From positions 16,119,588 to 16,168,142 of the forward strand of contig CM119269.1 in assembly GCA_051294375.1 (NCBI GenBank): DNA of 48,555 nt, written 5' to 3'. This document shows, piece after piece, positions 25,509 to 48,555 of this stretch (position 1 is the first letter of the stretch; each line of letters opens with the position of its first letter). Position numbers and translations under genes: made by a program. The notes beneath the pieces are model-generated. The model made no database searches and was not told where the DNA came from. It was given only the letters and a program-made list of their open reading frames with translations. Source of the stretch: Paraspadella gotoi (lineage: Eukaryota; Animalia; Chaetognatha).

Positions 25509-25980
25509 GACGGCATAGAAATTGTAAAGAGTTAAGATATCATTAATCTTGTGGCTTAGAAGTGAGGCCAAATTAGAATGTGTGGAATAATGTAGTTTTT
25601 GAAACAAAGATAGGAAGTCAGAGCTATTGTAAGTTATATCTTGAATCGATGTCTTGGCGAAAGCAACGACGTAAAAAGATTTTATGGGATGGAACAGATG
25701 ACTTGGTGGCGCGTGATATCAAATTTGTATTACAAGAAGTGATTAGCTCATATCCCTAATTGTTCCAAGCCAGTTCTTGTTCGACTAAAAGAATAAAGGT
25801 CCTCTCCCATCCAGTCATTTTTTTGAGAAATATAGCGATTTTTTGGTCAAAGGTGTTGCTTTAATAGTATTTTACTTTAATAGTTTTGTATTAATGTCTT
25901 AATTTTCCACATAATTTCCATATTTTGTTTTTCAAATCCTGATCATACTCTCCCTCGCTCTCTCTTCCTATCCCATTCAC

Positions 25981-26030
25981 ACCCACACCACTGCCCATAC
26001 CACTGCCCACACCACTGCCCACTCCACTGC
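25981..26030. repeat. 12-bp tandem repeat (CCACTGCCCACA)~4
   Basis: ccactgcccata ccactgcccaca ccactgcccact ccactgc. Confidence 0.8.
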
Positions 26031-27744
26031 ATTTCCTACAGAACGGTTCCTTACTCCAACTCCCCCCAACTCCACTCCCCCCGANNNNNNNNNNNNNNNN
26101 NNNNNNNNNNNNNNNNNNNNNNNNNNNNNNNNNNNNNNNNNNNNNNNNNNNNNNNNNNNNNNNNNNNNNNNNNNNNNNNNNNNNNNNNNNNNNNNNNNNN
26201 NNNNNNNNNNNNNNNNNNNNNNNNNNNNNNNNNNNNNNNNNNNNNNNNNNNNNNNNNNNNNNNNNNNNNNNNNNNNNNNNNNNNNNNNNNNNNNNNNNNN
26301 NNNNNNNNNNNNNNNNNNNNNNNNNNNNNNNNNNNNNNNNNNNNNNNNNNNNNNNNNNNNNNNNNNNNNNNNNNNNNNNNNNNGAAGGAGGAAACAGACA
26401 ACTCGGGAGCAGAGAGACGTTTTCTCTTTTCTTTTTATTTCCATTTGGTCTGGCGAAAATTCTTTTTTAATCATGATCTCGAAGAACCTATTTGTTTTAT
26501 TAACTCGTTTACACGAGTAATATAATTTGCGGAGTTAAAAATCTCATAACAGTTTAGATTCGGTACTCACCCACCTGTGGTGAGCGTGAATGCGTCGAAA
26601 AGAGAAGTTCACACCTTGGGCAAGTGTGTTTTGCGCGGGAACATCACGAATGAACTGTGAAAAAAAAATATGAAGGCGGTTGATAAGTTAAGAAAATATA
26701 CTTAATTAATAAATGAATCGATTTCAGTTTAAAGTAAATCCATGAATCGGCAGAGAAGAGCAACAACAAAAAAAATTATTTAATGAAAATAACAAAAAGA
26801 CTTAGAGAGAAACGTGAATTATATCCCTCGGTTACGAAACAATCGAATCCCTTCCCGGCACAAAAACCTTTTTTTTTCCTCTTCGTCATACAATCCTGAG
26901 CTTTCAATTTTTTGTTTTTTACTTTCCAATCTTCCCCTTCTTGAACCCCCTCCCGCGACCCCGTCACCTCCCGGGACCTCGAACTCGTAACCCTAGGACC
27001 CGAGGCGACGTCGTTACGAACGCCGAGGATTCGAGGAACCGAAAAGTGAATGGAGAAAGGAGGTGGTTTGTCGTCTCCGCGGCCCGCTCCAAAATCCCTC
27101 CAAGCCCACCCCTCGAAATCGTTTGAGCTCACTTTCAATAAAAGAGACAATGGAGAGGAAGTCGAGGGGGGGGCGGGGAGCNNNNNNNNNNNNNNNNNNN
27201 NNNNNNNNNNNNNNNNNNNNNNNNNNNNNNNNNNNNNNNNNNNNNNNNNNNNNNNNNNNNNNNNNNNNNNNNNNNNNNNNNNNNNNNNNNNNNNNNNNNN
27301 NNNNNNNNNNNNNNNNNNNNNNNNNNNNNNNNNNNNNNNNNNNNAGAGAGAGAGAGATAAGTCACTGAGGGATCTGTTCATATGGAGTTTGGTTTTTTTT
27401 GGGGTTTTTTTCGATTTTTTTAAAATTTCTTAATCGCGCTAACCCGCTTGACCGATTTTAAAGTTCAAAGTCATTGAAAGATTTAAATAAACTCGATTTA
27501 AAAAAGAGAATCATTCGGCGACGTCTTTTGTTTCGCTGAAGTAAAGAGATAGAAAGTGTAAACAAATAGAAAGCTCTGCTGTCGACCGACCGGGAGGAAA
27601 GGGGGCAGGGAGTTATACAGTTTACTACATAAATTACGCGTCGTATTTTATATCATTATTAGCCAATAACAGCGTAAACAGAAACGACGCGACAACGACT
27701 CGAATAATCTCATCTTTATGTCCGCGTGGGTGAGAGAGAATTGA

Positions 27745-27860
<116 letters not shown>

Positions 27861-28142
27861 CGATCTCTCTTTTTTTGTTGACGCTTCATAACGGGAGATA
27901 GAGAAACCTCCGCCCGTCTGACGAAAACAAAACAGATAAAAAAAAAATGGAGAGAAAAAAAAATCCAAACAAACGAATTGAATAAGAAAAAGATGAGAAG
28001 AGCAAACATAAAACGTCATCAAAGACAAATCCGCGCTGAGCAACGTAACTCCATTTATTTCCTTTAGTCTTTTTTAAAAGATTCTCACTCTTTTTCATTA
28101 TTTGGGAATTCCCTTCTATATTGTGGGTTTTTTCTGAGTTTT

Positions 28143-28233
<91 letters not shown>

Positions 28234-30826
28234 ATCTTCTTGCTTTCTTTTTTTTCTCTTTCTATATCTTTTACCATTTAATTTTTTTAGTTCTACTTTT
28301 TCTTTATTCACTTGTCATTTTATGCAGATCAACCTATTCATTTTATATTTTGATTCTTTTTTTTNNNNNNNNNNNNNNNNNNNNNNNNNNNNNNNNNNNN
28401 NNNNNNNNNNNNNNNNNNNNNNNNNNNNNNNNNNNNNNNNNNNNNNNNNNNNNNNNNNNNNNNNNNNNNNNNNNNNNNNNNNNNNNNNNNNNNNNNNNNN
28501 NNNNNNNNNNNNNAAAAAAAACTTTCTTTTTTCCTTCTTTTTCTTTTATTCCTTCGTATTTTCTTTGTGACCAACAGCGTGTGACTGAAATCAGTCAGAA
28601 TAACAAGTAGGAAGAAGGGAGTAGAAATGATAAAAAAAAAAGGCCTGTGGTTGTCGTTGTCGTTGTTGTTCTCTTTTTGTCACCGTCTCGATTCTTCGAC
28701 GTTGTTTTGTTTCTCTTGTCACGATCGTTGCGATTTCTGTTGTAGATTTCGTCGTCGTTGTCGTCGTTGTCGTCGTTGTCGTCGTTGTCCTTTGTCGTTT
28801 CCGTCTCTTGCATTATCGCCGCGTTTCGAGATTTGATTTGTGAGTCAAATGCGACTATAAAAGACGATAACAATTCCACACAATCGTTATCTAATTATTG
28901 AAAAGAAAAAAAAAAAGGAAAATCAAGATAATTTTCTCTCTCTTTTTTTTTTTTCATTCGGCGATTTCTTTGAAAGGATTTTCTTTATCAAAGAAATTGA
29001 TTTTGCTCCGATGGAATTTCTGAGAAAATTCGCCGATTTTAACCGGAAATGCGCGGTTATTCTTCATTTATTAATTATTAAAAAAACCCTTCTACTAATT
29101 GCAGTGATTTTTAGATAGAACGAAATATTATACGTATACCCATCGACTTAATTCAAAAACAACAGAATTACTAAAGTCTTAAAATAGTTGAAAAGCCAAA
29201 AAGTCAAAAAATGTTTTACTAGGTAGGATTTAGCGATTGAAAAATAATTGACAAAGCTGATATTGACCTGAAATGCTTAAAAAATCTAGAATATCGTAGT
29301 TTGTTTCGATTAAATTTAAAAAAAAATAGATAATTTTTTACGTCCATAGTTTGACATGTTCGTACAGTGCCGCCTATTTATCTGCGCAATGCTCCGAACG
29401 TGCAGTTGGACGCGTCACAACCGCCACTCCAATGGCGTTTATCAACTAATGAAAAACGAATTAAAATCGACGTCAAAATAATTCGATTTTTTTTCTGTCG
29501 ATTTAAAATTACCAATATCCCATCGCTAATTCATTCCCCCCCCAAAAAAAAGGGAAATAAATCTGGGGAATATCAAAACTTAAAAATATCAGTTCAATGA
29601 TTCCACGAAATTCAATCATTCTTCTCGATTCATTACTTTTTCACCGACACGCAAAACGATTTAAAAGTTGCCGCGATGAGAGCATTTAGTATCTGCAGTA
29701 ATAAATGATAACACTGTTAGTTTTTAATTTAAAAAAAAATTAACGAAATCCAATTTGGAAACGTTTTCGAATTTCGTACGCGAAAAAAATTCATTCGAAT
29801 CATGAAAGTGATTTAAACGAAATTCGTTGTCGCTCGTCAGTCGTCAATCGACATTTCAAATCCCACCTTCCCCTTTCCCCACTTCTCCGCTCCCCCCTTT
29901 CCCCACTTCCACCTACCCACCCTATCCTCCAATAAACCAACCGTCGGTTCCACCCATCATTATTTCCACCGTCGGCATCGGATTTTCCTCCCGCTGCCCG
30001 ACGTCCGTTTCAAAAAAAAAAANNNNNNNNNNNNNNNNNNNNNNNNNNNNNNNNNNNNNNNNNNNNNNNNNNNNNNNNNNNNNNNNNNNNNNNNNNNNNN
30101 NNNNNNNNNNNNNNNNNNNNNNNNNNNNNNNNNNNNNNNNNNNNNNNNNNNNNNNNNNNNNNNNNNNNNNNNNNNNNNNNNNNNNNNNNNNNNNNNNNNN
30201 NNNNNNNNNNNNNNNNNNNNNNNNNNNNNNNNNNNNNNAGGTTTAATGGTCATCGGTCGCCCGAGGAAAAAAAGAATTTCGTTTTTTGGCTTTTCTTCTT
30301 TTTTTTTTCTTTTTTGCTTCCGAGATGAGAAGGAAAGTAAATTTATCATTAAGAGGAAGACGTCAAAAATGACGAAANNNNNNNNNNNNNNNNNNNNNNN
30401 NNNNNNNNNNNNNNNNNNNNNNNNNNNNNNNNNNNNNNNNNNNNNNNNNNNNNNNNNNNNNNNNNNNNNNNNNNNNNNNNNNNNNNNNNNNNNNNNNNNN
30501 NNCACTACCACCTGGAACCTACCGAAACACTACCACTTAAACACGACACCCCAGGGTTCCAAAAGCATTTTGTTTTTACCTTGTCATCACAGGCCATTTC
30601 GTTCCAGCCCTGGCATCTTTGGACATCTCCTACCACCCTGAGCATCTCAAGGCATCCAGTTACACTCCTTCTACCCTAACCATCCCTGGGCATCTCATTC
30701 TACCCCTGGTATTAGGGGCATCCACCCCTGGCGACCTAACATCAACGACCGCGTTTCCGCCGAGGTTTAAATCATAATCTCTTTCCGTCGGAGACCGCAA
30801 TTAAAAATTGAATGTTGGTCGAGCGT

Positions 30827-30861
<35 letters not shown>

Positions 30862-32292
30862 NNNNNNNNNNNTCCACAAGACCGTGGACGCGCACCCTTG
30901 CCTCGCGTTAGGATTCGGTGCGGAGGGCTTTCGGTTAAGTATCGTCAGCGTCCTAATTTGTTCCAGCGATAAATCTTCCGTCGACCTTCGATTTCTGACG
31001 AAGTTTCGGTTCCGGGACTTACTTTTAGAAACGAGTCGAGTCATCCGGAGCTAATGGGTCCGAGGTTCGAGTCCTGTCCTTGAACGTCTGGGCAACTGAT
31101 GTCAGTTTTATTATATCTTTTTGTATTAAAAAAGTCTCAAAACTCTAAAAAAATTAAAAAATCGTANNNNNNNNNNNNNNNNNNNNNNNNNNNNNNNNNN
31201 NNNNNNNNNNNNNNNNNNNNNNNNNNNNNNNNNNNNNNNNNNNNNNNNNNNNNNNNNNNNNNNNNNNNNNNNNNNNNNNNNNNNNNNNNNNNNNNNNNNN
31301 NNNNNNNNNNNNNNNNNNNNNNNNNNNNNNNNNNNNNNNNNNNNNNNNNNNNNNNNNNNNNNNNNNNNNNNNNNNNNNNNNNNNNNNNNNNNNNNNNNNN
31401 NNNNNNNNNNNNNGAGAGAGAGAGAGAGAGAGAGAGAGAGTAAAAAGACAAGATGGGAGACAATCAGGACTAATAAGAAAACGACGGAAAAAAGAAAATA
31501 GAACATACACCGTCATAATGGTATATGCGTTACATTCAAAGAAGAAAAGGGATACTTGTATAAACTTCGTTGCAAATATAGGACAATATTCCAAAATACA
31601 ACAGCATTGAACTTGTAACTTAAAATAAGAAGAATGTCTAAGCCAGGATGAGAACGACGGTAATTACAATACTACGTAGGAGAGAGAGGATGACGACGAG
31701 AGAAGAGATGAGAGGGAGACGAGGAAGAGAGAGAGAGAGAGAGGAGACGGAGACGAGATGTGACGGAGAGAGAGAGAGAGAGATGAGACTGAGAGAGAGA
31801 GATGAGAGAGGATCAAGAAAGAAGAAAACCGTTGACTGTGTCTATGTTTTCTAAAAAAAGACAAAAAGGAAAAAAAAAGAAAAAAAAAGGATTCTTCTCA
31901 TCTTCGCACGCAAAATCTTCCTTCATTTTTTTCCTTTTTTATTTTTACGATTTTTTTTAAATCGGACAGAATGGCTTTTGTGTGTCTGGGGACGGAGCTT
32001 TCAAACGGGTTTGACCAAAAAATCCGAGAGAGAGAGAGCTGAGAGAGAGCGAGAGAGTAGAGAGAGAGAGAAGAGAGAGACGAGATGAGAGGAGAGAGAG
32101 AGAGAGAGGAGAGACGAGGACGAGAGAGATGAGAGAGAAACGAGTGGGAGGAAAATAGAATAGGAAAGGGGAAAAGTGCCCCGTAATACTAATCACCCAT
32201 AGTGGGCTGAAAAACAATCCAGATAGAAAAAGAAGGAAAGAAAGAGAAACAGAGAGAGAGAGGAGAAGGAGACGATGATGAGAGAGACGAGA

Positions 32293-32328
<36 letters not shown>

Positions 32329-33501
32329 CTATTTGCGGAATGGGGTTACGTGGCAAGAATGACCGGAGAAGGAACCGAAACAAAAATAATAAGAGAAAAA
32401 AAGAAAAAAATATTTAACACTGTTAGTGGAAAGCTTGAAGTTACATTTCTATTTTTATAAACTTATTAAATTTTACCAGACCGGTCGATGTTTTTCGTTA
32501 TATTTTAATTTCATTTAAAAGTATGAAAATTTTAAGTACAAATCGTGTTCTGCATTTCCTGAAAATCTAGAGCTTATCAAACGAATGCCATTGTACTTAG
32601 TTCACGATGTTTTAAGTTGTTGCCAACATCTGTGGTTCTTCCAACCCTCTTTAAAGAAAATTACAAACCAGGAAATTAACAAGGTTTATTGTTTCCAAAT
32701 CATTAATTAGTAATCGTACCCATTGATCTCTCTCAGAATTCCCAGCTTTTTTTGCGCGAATGAAGCACACCAGAGATGGTGAAGTTTGGGGGAACACGTG
32801 GTTGAAAAGAAATAAAGAGAGTGAGGAATCAATTGGGATGGCGGAATAATATTTATTTTAGTTAAGTATTTTATTTTGTTGTTTTCGGTTTAATCGTTTA
32901 AATAATTGATTGAGTAATTGGAGATATTTAATGTTTCAATGATTAAATGTAAAAAAAGCATTGGATTAGGTGCTGATTTGAATATTATAATTTTATCTTT
33001 AATTATTTTTTGGTTTTAGTTATGAATGTTTATTAACAAATAATAATATTAGATTGAAATATTAATTTAAAATTATTAGTCGATTAAGAAATATTGATAA
33101 AAGTATCATATATGTATAAAAATACTGGGTTGTGTGGTTTTACTAAATGTTACCTGATACATCCTCTTTATAATATAAAAGAATTTAAGCTATAATATGA
33201 CTGACGACCATCTAACAACCAAAAAATAAAATATATCAAACAGATTAATTTGAAGATATTCTATTACAGCTTTAAATAGTGAACCATTTTTGAGAAAACT
33301 GTAACAAGCGATTATAAAGCAAATGTTAAACGCTTAACTTATAATACTTTACGAGAGGTCGTTTTTCCTATTTTGGGTAGTACCCAAAATAACCGTCACG
33401 AGTGAGTTAGAAATGAAATCCGCCTAAAAATCCTAAATTGGGGTCTACCTGTAAGTAAACCCCGGCATGCCTATATACTACATTTTTTATTTTCTCGAGT
33501 A

Positions 33502-35240
33502 ATACAGTTTGACCTATTGTGACATCTATGGATCAAGCTCTAGTCAAGTCAAATCAAGATTTATCAACGGAATCAAATTCTATCAGACTACAAATTTTAT
33601 CAAATTTATCGCGATTCGAATGAAAACTTAGTCAATTCATTCAGAATTAAAACTTTTTTGGCTGAATTGAGGAGCGTACATTTGGAACAAAATTGAAAAT
33701 TTTGTCGCCTTTGCAGCGCGCACTGAGCAAGTCATTACCAATTCAGACAATCGAGCGATTCAGACAAGACCGCTCCTGAGACTGACTCAAACCGAAAGGA
33801 CCGCTTTCGCCAAAAAAAAAAAAAGGGACTCGAATTGGAACCAGGTACATCATGAATATTGCAAACCCCTCGCTTTTAGTCCCTACCTCTTATTTAACGA
33901 CGGATAATAATGCCACGATTAAAAAAAAAAAACAAAAACTTGACGTCCAAGTCAAAGGCAAGCCCTTTTATACCAACCATCGCCACCCATTCAGTTCCCT
34001 CGCCCACCCAATCATCCATCCGATTCCCCTCCCACCCCTCCCTCCGAACCACCCTCCACCACCGAACCGATTCCGAAAACCAGCAGCCATCGTTACGCAG
34101 ACTTTCTTATCGCTTCGTCCCAGAAAGTGACAATCAGAACGGAGATTTGCATTCCGCGCCGGAAAGGAAGAACGAATGGTGCTGAGAATTGAGAGCTGAG
34201 AGGGAGGCTGAGAGGGAGGGTGGATGAGTTGTAAAGGAAGAAGGGGNNNNNNNNNNNNNNNNNNNNNNNNNTGCGTTGATAATCTTTTTTCTCGCATGAA
34301 TTCATTGATGTTTAAACTTTTATTAAAATCAAAGGATGTCTGAGTCACAGCTGCCCTTTTGTTTTTAAGGTGGACGATGATAATTCGACGAATTTTTTTT
34401 TTTTTTTAGTCTGGAATTACAAAATTATAACGTTTAGCGATTAATTTTTTAATTACTTCGACTTAGTTCCCGAAGATGAGTGATATTGAATACTGATTTT
34501 TCTTAAAGATAATTTTTGAAAAACATACAGTTTTGACCTATTGTGACATCTATGATCAAGCTCTAGTCGAGTCAAATCAAGATTTATCACGGAATCAAAT
34601 TCTATCAGACTACCAAATTTATCAAATTTATCGCGATTTCGAATGAAAATTTTAGTCAATTCATTCAGAATTAAAACTTTTTTTTGGCTGAAATTGAGGA
34701 GCGTACATTTGGACAAAATTGAAACAATTTCTGTTCGCCTTTGCAGCGCGCACTGAAGGCAAGTCATTACCATTCAGACAATCAGCGCATTCAGACAAGA
34801 CCGCTCCTGACGACTGACTCAAAAACCGAAAGGACCGCTTTCGCCAAAAAAAAAAAAAGGGACTCGAATTGGGAACCAGGTACATCATGAATTTGCTGGG
34901 TGATAACCAAACCCCTCGCTTTTAGTCCCTACTCTCCTTTTAACGAGTACAAATTAGCCACGATGTCAAAAAAAAAAACCAACTTGACGTCCAAGTCAAA
35001 GGCAAGCCTTTTATTACCAACGCATCGCCACCATCTCAGTTCCCTCGCCCACCCAATCATCCATCCGATTCCCCTCCCACCCCTCCTCTCCGAAACCACC
35101 CTCCACACACCCGAACCGATTCCGAAAACCAGCAGCCATCGTTACGCGAGACTTTCTTATCGCTTCGTCCGCAGAAAGTGACAATCAGAACGGAGATTTG
35201 CATTCGCGACGGAAGGAGGAAACGAATGGTGCTGAGAAGA
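33502..35240 (+). repeat. ~0.7-kb direct duplication (33502-~34200 and 34525-~35240) spanning a 25-N gap
   Basis: atacagtttgacctattgtgacatctatg ... aacgaatggtgctgagaa is present twice, with indel-type differences. Confidence 0.93.
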
Positions 35241-35279
35241 ACTGAGGGTGAGAGAGTGAATTCTGAAGAGATGGGACGA

Positions 35280-36130
35280 TGCTGGATGAGGGAGGCTGGA
35301 TGGAGTGTGTAGAAAGGGAAGATGGGTGTGATGTGAGGGGCTGGTGATGGAGTGAGAAATGGTGATGGAGAAAAGGGAGGCTGGGAGGTGGATGGAGTGG
35401 GTAGAAAAGGAAGATGGGGTGTGATGGGAAAGGGAGGCGGGTGATGGAAGTTGGTTTAGAAAGGGAGATGGGGTTGATGGAGAAGAGTGCTGGACCGTGA
35501 TGGAGTTAGTAAAAGGGAAGATTGGGAGATGTGATGGAGAAAAGGGAGGCGTGGGTGATGGAGTTGGTTAGAAAGGGAAAGAAGGGGTGTGATGGAGAAG
35601 GAGGCTGGTGGATGGTTGGTAGAAAAGGATAGATGGGGTGTGATGGGAGAAAGGGAGGCCTGGCGTGGATGGAGTTGGTCAGAAAAGGAAGATGGGGTTT
35701 GATGGAGAAAGAGTGGCATGGTGGATGGAGTTAGGTAGAAAGGGAAGATGGCGGTTAGTGATGGCAGAAAAGGGAGCTGGTAGTGGATGGATTGGTAGAA
35801 AGGGAAGAAGGGTGTGATGGAGAAAGAGGATGTGCTGGATGGAGTTGGTCTAGGAAAGGGAAGATGGGGTGTGATTGGAGAAAGGGAGGCCTGGTGGAAT
35901 GGAGTTGGTAGAAAGGGAAGGATGGGGTACGGTGATGGAGAAAGGGAGCTGGGTGGATGGAGTGTAGATAGAAGAAAGGTTGATGGAGAAAGAAGAGGCT
36001 GGGTGGATTGAAGTTGGTAGAAAGGGAAGATGGAAAGGATGTGGATGGAGAAAGGGAGGAGCTGGGTGGATGGATGATTGGTAGAAAAGGGAAGATCAGG
36101 GTTGTGACTGGATAGAAAGGGAGTGCTGAT
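35280..36130. repeat. G/purine-rich minisatellite, ~55-60 bp unit (GTGATGGAGAAAGGGAGGCTGGGTGGATGGAGTTGGTAGAAAGGGAAGATGGGGT), about 15 degenerate copies
   Basis: Recurrent gatggagaaaggga / gatggagttggtagaaa motifs at ~60-bp period. One further unit occurs at 41420. Confidence 0.85.
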
Positions 36131-36159
36131 TGATGGGTTGTAGTTAAGAAAATGAACAA

Positions 36160-46593
<10,434 letters not shown>

Positions 46594-46630
46594 ATTCTCT
46601 TGAGAAAGAGAAAGAGAGAGAGAGAGAGAG

Positions 46631-46732
<102 letters not shown>

Positions 46733-46859
46733 AAGGCCAAGTGGCACTTTTTTTGGTCAAAGGGCTAACTATGGTTAACTGGGGTCAGTTTTTGGGAAAG
46801 TGAGTACCCGTCGCTGATAAGAGAGGAGCCAGGAAGAGAGGGGGGGAAATGCTTTCGCA

Positions 46860-47023
46860 CGGAAGTCGTTGATTGGTCGAAGGTCAAGAGACGGCGAAGT
46901 CTGATTGGCGGAAAGCGACGGCGGAGGTCGACGGGGTGTCTTTGTGGGTCAGAAACGAGCGACGAGGTTATTGGAAAATTGTAGGAGTTCTTGTAATTCG
47001 TTGGCGGAGAATTAAGGGGCGGA
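46860..47023. promoter_or_regulatory. Promoter-like cluster: ETS CGGAAGT (46860), two CCAAT boxes on the minus strand 32 bp apart (46871, 46903), GC box GGGGCGGA (47016)
   Basis: Motifs read directly in a locally GC/CpG-rich patch. No transcript evidence. Confidence 0.35.
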
Positions 47024-47889
47024 AATTGAGAGAGATGAGAGGCTGGGGTGAGAGAGGAGAGAGAGAGAGATGAGAGGCTGGGGTGAGACAGGGATGATTT
47101 AACGAAGGAGTTAATAGTTGTTACATTTGTCATCACAAAAAAATCTTCAAAACAATAGCTCTTTATTAAACAAACAAACCAAACTTTCAATCTTCAAACA
47201 TATGGTTTATTTTCAAAAGGCACCGAGTGACCTCTCTGGAGTGTCAAAGTGATTGAAAAGCAACCTTAAAACTGTTCACTCCTTAAATGTATTTATATTT
47301 TTATATATATATAACAAAACGAAAAATATGTTTTTAAGAAAATGTCACAAAAAGAGAAAACCCTATCCGGCAGGTCTCCCAAACGAAACCTATAAAAATC
47401 CCTCACGAGTTCACGAGCGTCGATCAAAGATCAGAACCGGCGTTTCTCCTTTAATCACGGACCCGCCCGCCGACCCTCACAGCCGAGTCTCACAGGAAAA
47501 CCGCGTCTCACTCTCACGCGTCCACCTGCCGACGCAATCAGGAGAGAGTTTCACCGTTCGGGGGAGAGAGAGAGAGATAGGGAGTGAAAGTAGGGTAAGT
47601 GTGATTGGGTGAGGAGATGAAATAAATAAGGTAGGGTGGGAAAAGAGGGAAGGAAAGGGCGGACGAGGACATAGGGATGACCATCAGGTTGTGAACACGA
47701 ATAAGAAGGTAAGAAGGTGAGAGCATCACATCTTGGTCATTGGTCAAGAGAGCGAGATGGTTCGCTCATGTGCGCCGATCAGGAAAGGGTGGCGCGGTGA
47801 CAGTGTTGCGCGTTAGGCCGAAAGAGTGGAGGGCACGTCGATGGGTCGGATGGGCGTTTCATTGCTCACGCGCGTTACTTTTACTCCGT

Positions 47890-47917
47890 TGACCTCCTTT
47901 TAACCTTGAAATGACCT
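47890..47917 (-). promoter_or_regulatory. Compound nuclear-receptor response element AGGTCA-n5-AGGTTA-n5-AGGTCA (double DR5, RARE-like)
   Basis: Plus strand reads tgacct ccttt taacct tgaaa tgacct. The motif is seen directly; function is inferred. Confidence 0.55.
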
Positions 47918-47969
47918 CTACCTTCGCCAGATTCTGACCACCGATTCTCCTTTTTTCAACCGAAACCCC

Positions 47970-48041
47970 CGTCGTCGTCGTCGTCGTCGTCGTTGTTGTT
48001 GTTATTGTTGTTGTTGTTGTTATTGTTGTTGTTGTTATTGC
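47970..48041. repeat. Compound (GTC)n(GTT)n microsatellite; (GTC)n also at ~30827-30861 and (GTCGTCGTT)n at ~28750-28790
   Basis: Direct reading. Confidence 0.9.
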
Positions 48042-48524
48042 TGTTTGCGACATCACGAAATGACTTTCGTCTGCGATTTCGCCGCAACTTTTCACCCACC
48101 TACGCTTTCGACTTCGACTGTGACTTTGTGATGACATCAAAAGGAAACTTCAATGTCTCACACCATTTATCGTTGCATTTTATTAATTGTTTGACTATAT
48201 TTTCAAACATTCCTATAAGTAGTATATCGCCATTAAACCCAAATTAGCAATAAATAAAATTTTTTTCAATATCGCTTGGACTTTTAAAACTCAGTAATGG
48301 TCTTTTTCAAGACCCGGAAACACCGTCGACACTAAGCATGTCTTGCACACTTGCACAGTTCTAATTCACACAAGACGCATCAAACCACCCTTCTACTATT
48401 TCCTACCACCAGGGCCCGGCACCTTTCGACCGGAAGATAGATGTAGTCGCTTCGGACGCCGGATTCCGGTTCTGAGAGAGAGAGATCATCCGCGGGAATC
48501 TCAACGTCTTCTCTCTCTCTCTCT

Positions 48525-48555
<31 letters not shown>

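Noticed and set aside
31064-31074. Pol III B-box GGTTCGAGTCC (tRNA or SINE head)
   Set aside because: T-stem pairs only 3 of 5, with no A-box, cloverleaf or second copy in the window.
35280-36130. CRISPR-like periodic array
   Set aside because: No unique spacers or cas genes, and the context is eukaryotic. It is a minisatellite.

Overview
Animal (most likely invertebrate) genomic DNA from a gapped draft assembly: AT-rich, very rich in microsatellites, CpG not visibly depleted, 14 N-gaps. The only protein-coding gene I can support is a COUP-TF / seven-up (NR2F1/2-type) orphan nuclear receptor on the minus strand. I could splice it by hand from nine coding exons, from ATG 16378 (MAMAVS...) through the C4 zinc-finger DBD (12668-12877) to most of the LBD (5869 down to 4151). 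The last LBD exon(s) (DACGLSD...AF-2) are not in the window and presumably lie below position 1. Positions ~16.4-48.5 kb are a coding desert upstream of the gene. Nearly all other ORFs in the track are microsatellite translations. Three direct duplications (~1.8, ~0.7 and ~5.2 kb) and one inverted duplication look like long-read gap-filling artefacts. I see no evidence of a wholly new biological system. The best leads are regulatory or splicing features of this locus: a triple half-site DR5+DR5 element inside a cluster of nuclear-receptor half-sites, a perfect DR4 in intron 1, a GC versus GT donor choice just before the DBD, tandem acceptors, a read-through isoform with a hydrophobic tail at the svp type-2 divergence point, and a candidate internal promoter for a DBD-less isoform.
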